64,000 bases of DNA, taken from a virus. The DNA is taken from the IMG/VR virus record IMGVR_UViG_3300024346_000047, positions 4,405 through 68,404 of that record; one strand, 5' to 3'. The notes beneath the pieces are model-generated. The model was not told where the DNA came from. It ran no database searches and worked only from the letters and a program-made list of their open reading frames with translations. Of this stretch, positions 60,409 to 64,000 are shown piece by piece. Position 1 is the stretch's first letter; every line of letters starts with the position of its first letter. A program made the position numbers and the translations under genes.

Positions 60409-60591
60409 ATGACAAAAGAGCAAAAACTTTTAATTGAATACAGTTCATTAATAGGATACACCGATGGAATGTTAAGCACATTAATTGATCATTGGGATTT
60501 ACCTGAAGAGTTAATAGTTAGACTAAAGGCTTCGTTAACAACGGTAAGGAATCATGGAGGTAAGTTGGATGATTATTTTAAGGGTGTATGA
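60409..60591 (+). CDS. Hypothetical protein
   Basis: 60 aa ORF. Confidence 0.55.
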   Translation: MTKEQKLLIEYSSLIGYTDGMLSTLIDHWDLPEELIVRLKASLTTVRNHGGKLDDYFKGV

Positions 60592-60755
60592 GTATAACAG
60601 AAGAAGGCTATCAGTTTTGCCACACCTGTAATAATGATACGCTACATACTCCTAAGTTAGGATTAGTGTTACAGGGAGAAAGATTGTGTACTGAATGTAG
60701 GACATCTAATAAATATAAAGATTTGTACACTGATTTATCCAAACAAAAGGATTAA
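60588..60755 (+). CDS. 55-aa Zn-finger protein (not in ORF track)
   Basis: FCHTCNNDTLH...CTEC. Confidence 0.6.
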   Translation: MSITEEGYQFCHTCNNDTLHTPKLGLVLQGERLCTECRTSNKYKDLYTDLSKQKD

Positions 60756-61042
60756 CTTTATAAAAACATTAACAGCGTAACGGAATTAAAATCCCCACTG
60801 CTTATTTGGGGGATTTAAATAAGACATACCTTATGGTTTTATTGACAAGCTGGACTTGATTGTTATACGTCAGTAAAACTTTAAAAAAGCCTACCGTTTT
60901 AAATCATTATGGCAAGGATGTAAAAGCAGATTAAATTAGGTTAAGTGTGATATCGTAAGGCTGATCCACTTTTAGAAGAACGATACTTATTTTTTACACA
61001 ACCGCTAGACTCTAGAAAACCTAGCGGTTTTACTTTTACATT

Positions 61043-62026
61043 ATGGATAGTATAGAAATATTAATAGCGGAAAGAACTTTAACTGCACACTTCGAATTAT
61101 CATCTTGCCCTGGGGATTATTGGACACCACCTGATTTTTACTTTAGCGTTAATTCCATAGAGGATAGCTCAGGTTCGGATATCATAGCTGTCGTACAAAG
61201 GTATTGTGATATAGTCAATATTGATCTAGAATATTTAGTATTGGAAGAGATAAAAGAGCAGAGTGATGATTGGGGATGTTAAACATTAAAGATAATGCGA
61301 TTGTAATTGATTGTTTGCGATTTGCGAATTAAAAACCAGCTTTAGAATTAAAATTAAACCCCATGCCTCTCTTTGATGCACACTTGGGGTTTGTTTCTTT
61401 AGAAAATCCTTGTATATATACTAAAGAATTTCTATTTTAGGAGACATGGACGATAGATATGTATCAGACTATGAAAAAATACGTCATTATGACGAGCATG
61501 GTCAACGTGTAATTTGGAAAGCGCAAAAGAACGATCTTTATGTAGAAGATTTAGGAAATCAACATTTAGTTTCAGTCTGGAACTATGTTAACGGTAAAAA
61601 CCCCTTAGAACCTAAGTTAAAATATATCGGGGCAGAAATAAAATTCAGAGGACTTCAAGACAAGATAAATGAGTAAAGATTTAGAGAAACTTAAGAAGGA
61701 TAGGGATGAGTTTTGGAGAAATACGGAAATTGATGAGATATTTGGTATTCCTCAAGATTATATTGAAAACTCAATTACATATAGGTTAATGTGCGATCAA
61801 ATAGAAAACTATGAAGAAATTGAGCTTATGCGAGACAATTCTAGACGAGAGTAAATTTTTAGAATCTCACAAGCAAAGAATATTAAACGGAAGCGGAAGA
61901 AAGAGGAATATATATCCTTTTATTTCAAGACTAGAGCGTTACGCTTTAGATAATGAAAAGATGTTATGCAATAAGTGTTATGAAGTCTACGGAAAAGAAG
62001 AAAAAGGAAATCATAAGTGTAGGTAA
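61043..62026 (+). CDS. Small hypothetical ORFs (61043..61282, 61446..61676, 61669..61854, 61811..62026)
   Basis: Co-oriented short ORFs; CPGDYWTPP motif in the first. Confidence 0.5.
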
Positions 62027-62615
62027 GAATACTGAAGATTATTTTCCTCAAATAGAGTTAGAGGATTTACAGTCTATGGAGGAGTTGTACTTCCTTTGGT
62101 ATCTATGTGATTTAAAAGATGCTGGGTACGTGGAAGATGCCTGGTATGAGGATGACACATTTACTCTAGGAAAGGGATACGAGAAAGAGTATAAGGTTGT
62201 AATGAAAACTAAGACTAAGATTAAATCAGAGACAGTTGTTAAGCCAACAGTTTATACTCCTGACTTTAAGATTAAGTGGACAGATAAAGCTGTAGGTGTT
62301 TTTTACATGGATTACGTAGCAGAAGAAAGGATTACTTATAGCAGTAAACCTGTTTTTAGTTTAGGTATGGATTTAACAAGTTATATTGAGGTTAAACCAG
62401 ATTTTGATTTTAACAATATGACTAGGTATGCTAAAATAAAGATTAATTGGTTGTTTCAGCAAACAGGTGTTTTTACAAACCTTGTAAAAGTTCCAACTAT
62501 TTTTAAAAATACGTTTACTCCTAATAGGTATATTCTTACGGATAATAATAAAAGAACTAGACAAATTAAGTTTAAGATAAAAACAATTCAGGAGTTTGCT
62601 GATACAAAGATTTGA
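61953..62615 (+). CDS. PD-(D/E)xK nuclease (endonuclease I/resolvase-like)
   Basis: S.EE..F, YTPDF, IEVK motifs. Confidence 0.7.
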   Translation: MKRCYAISVMKSTEKKKKEIISVGKNTEDYFPQIELEDLQSMEELYFLWYLCDLKDAGYVEDAWYEDDTFTLGKGYEKEYKVVMKTKTKIKSETVVKPTVYTPDFKIKWTDKAVGVFYMDYVAEERITYSSKPVFSLGMDLTSYIEVKPDFDFNNMTRYAKIKINWLFQQTGVFTNLVKVPTIFKNTFTPNRYILTDNNKRTRQIKFKIKTIQEFADTKI

Positions 62616-62669
62616 TTATAATTGTTTGTTTGTGATTAGGATAGGGACTTTAAGCTCTATCCTTTTTTT

Positions 62670-62996
62670 ATGATTAAAAATATATTAATTAAAAATATGT
62701 ATATTAGTATTATGGACAGAGAAGTAGTTGATGACATCTTTCAGTTAACTGTTTTCAATAAGGTTATTGGAGAGGGTTCAGGTTTTGTATGGAAGCTTGG
62801 CAATACTTATAGGGTTAATCAAAAACGATTTATTTGTTCTAAAATAATGAGGGATGATAATTCCTTTTACTTTACAGGAGTTGCTTGCTGGGCTATATAT
62901 CTGAAATGTCCTAATACCGATGAGGAGTTCAGACACATGGATTACGAGAATGCCGCTGTAGAGATTAAAAGAAATGCCCCTAAACACTTAATATAA
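62670..62996 (+). CDS. Hypothetical protein
   Basis: 108 aa ORF; start probably a downstream Met. Confidence 0.5.
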   Translation: MIKNILIKNMYISIMDREVVDDIFQLTVFNKVIGEGSGFVWKLGNTYRVNQKRFICSKIMRDDNSFYFTGVACWAIYLKCPNTDEEFRHMDYENAAVEIKRNAPKHLI

Positions 62997-63097
62997 AAAA
63001 ATTAATAAGATCTTCTTTTCAATTTTCATAATGTGTTTAACCCTGTATTCTAAAGATTACGGGGTTTTTTATTATATTAGTGTAAATTAAAATTAAA

Positions 63098-63457
63098 ATG
63101 AAAAGACCAAAAATTATAGATTCAAAAGCCTCAAGGTATGCGGATTACCTTGAAGGAAAGTTAAAAGATTTTTCGTTAGAGTCTCAAAAAGTAAAAACTT
63201 ATTTATCGTTAAAGAACTTTGTAGAGCAATCTAGTAAGTTGCTTATGAATTTTAAAGTTTCAGACGATGAGGACAACCTTTCAGATAAAGATGATAAAGC
63301 TTTGGATAGGGGTTTAAAGTTTGGTAAAGAGATAGATGACTTACAAACGTTATTAGATAAGATGTATGTGGGGATTGGAGAGTTACCAGAGGATAAAGGT
63401 AAGCAAGAGGCAGCAGGAGCTTACGAGGAATCAATGAGAAAGCTTAAAAAATCATAA
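63098..63457 (+). CDS. Putative terminase small subunit
   Basis: 119 aa helical protein overlapping the TerL start; position only. Confidence 0.4.
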   Translation: MKRPKIIDSKASRYADYLEGKLKDFSLESQKVKTYLSLKNFVEQSSKLLMNFKVSDDEDNLSDKDDKALDRGLKFGKEIDDLQTLLDKMYVGIGELPEDKGKQEAAGAYEESMRKLKKS

Positions 63458-64000
63458 TGGCTACTCTTTCTAAAAGAGCAATGAAGCCCTCTGGGTTTCA
63501 GCGAACTCACCAGGTTAAACTTGGTGATGTAGTGGAGTTTGAATATGAACTACCTCAACCCCCTAAGAATTATAAAGATATAGCGAATTGGAATTTACCT
63601 ATAAACAAACAGAGGTGGGTTATACCAGTTGAAATACTTTCTCAGTCTGAATACGAAGAATTAGACACTGATGAAGCTGCGGATTATTTGGTTCAAATTA
63701 TGGATTGGAGGATTAATGGTTATTGGTTTTATAATCATGGTAATATTGAGTATTTAACAGGAGATCATTTCTTCTATTTAGCATTTTGGAGAATTGATGG
63801 GGTTATTCCTTACTGGAAAGATTCTGACTCTACTTTTTTTTATATTGAACGTTATTGTCAGTTAAAAAAGAATTGTTACGGGTGGATGCAAGTTACTAAC
63901 CGTAGAGATGGTAAAACAGGTAAAGCTACTTCTATTATATACAATAGAATTACTTTAAACTATAATGCCAACGGAGGTATAACGTCTAAAAAATTAAAAG
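63457..64000 (+). CDS. terL: Terminase large subunit, 3'-truncated (crAss-like)
   Basis: Open to window end; RINGYWFYNHG..EYLTGDHFFYL and Walker A-like NRRDGKT. Confidence 0.85.
   Translation, partial: MATLSKRAMKPSGFQRTHQVKLGDVVEFEYELPQPPKNYKDIANWNLPINKQRWVIPVEILSQSEYEELDTDEAADYLVQIMDWRINGYWFYNHGNIEYLTGDHFFYLAFWRIDGVIPYWKDSDSTFFYIERYCQLKKNCYGWMQVTNRRDGKTGKATSIIYNRITLNYNANGGITSKKLK

Noticed and set aside
59407-60423. ORFs 59407..59652, 59777..59959 and 60118..60423
   Set aside because: Low-complexity products of skewed non-coding DNA, or antisense to the XRE gene

Overview
AT-rich, standard-code window covering most of a podovirus-type phage genome with a crAss-like virion module, probably infecting a Bacteroidota (Flavobacteriia-like) host. 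The + strand arm (1-30.4 kb) carries the end of the gene upstream of the capsid gene, the major capsid protein, virion/ring/muzzle proteins, ejection proteins (including a 2589-aa protein with a zincin HExxH motif and no RNA-polymerase motif that I could see), a mosaic tail fibre and lysis genes. The - strand arm (30.4-59.2 kb) carries an HNH nuclease, metallophosphoesterase, YqaJ-type exonuclease, SSB-like protein, Prim-Pol/helicase fusion, GroES-like protein, DNA methyltransferase-like protein, NTP pyrophosphatase, serine recombinase, a possible replication initiator and many small accessory/early ORFs. After a ~1 kb divergent non-coding zone, a + strand block ends in the 5' part of the terminase large subunit. 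The most striking signal is about 19 integron-attC-like hairpin sites or remnants (TAAC...GTTA) in four clusters between 36.7 and 53.1 kb. Twelve intervening segments have mutually complementary end boxes, the hallmark of circular gene-cassette intermediates. No tyrosine integrase is visible, and two clusters begin with an identical 73-bp site. A second, unrelated repeat system (28-bp leader plus TGTGCAA/TTGCACA boxes) punctuates the early genes, and two mini tRNA-like elements lie at the head of the early region. All protein calls come from motif recognition by eye, not database searches.
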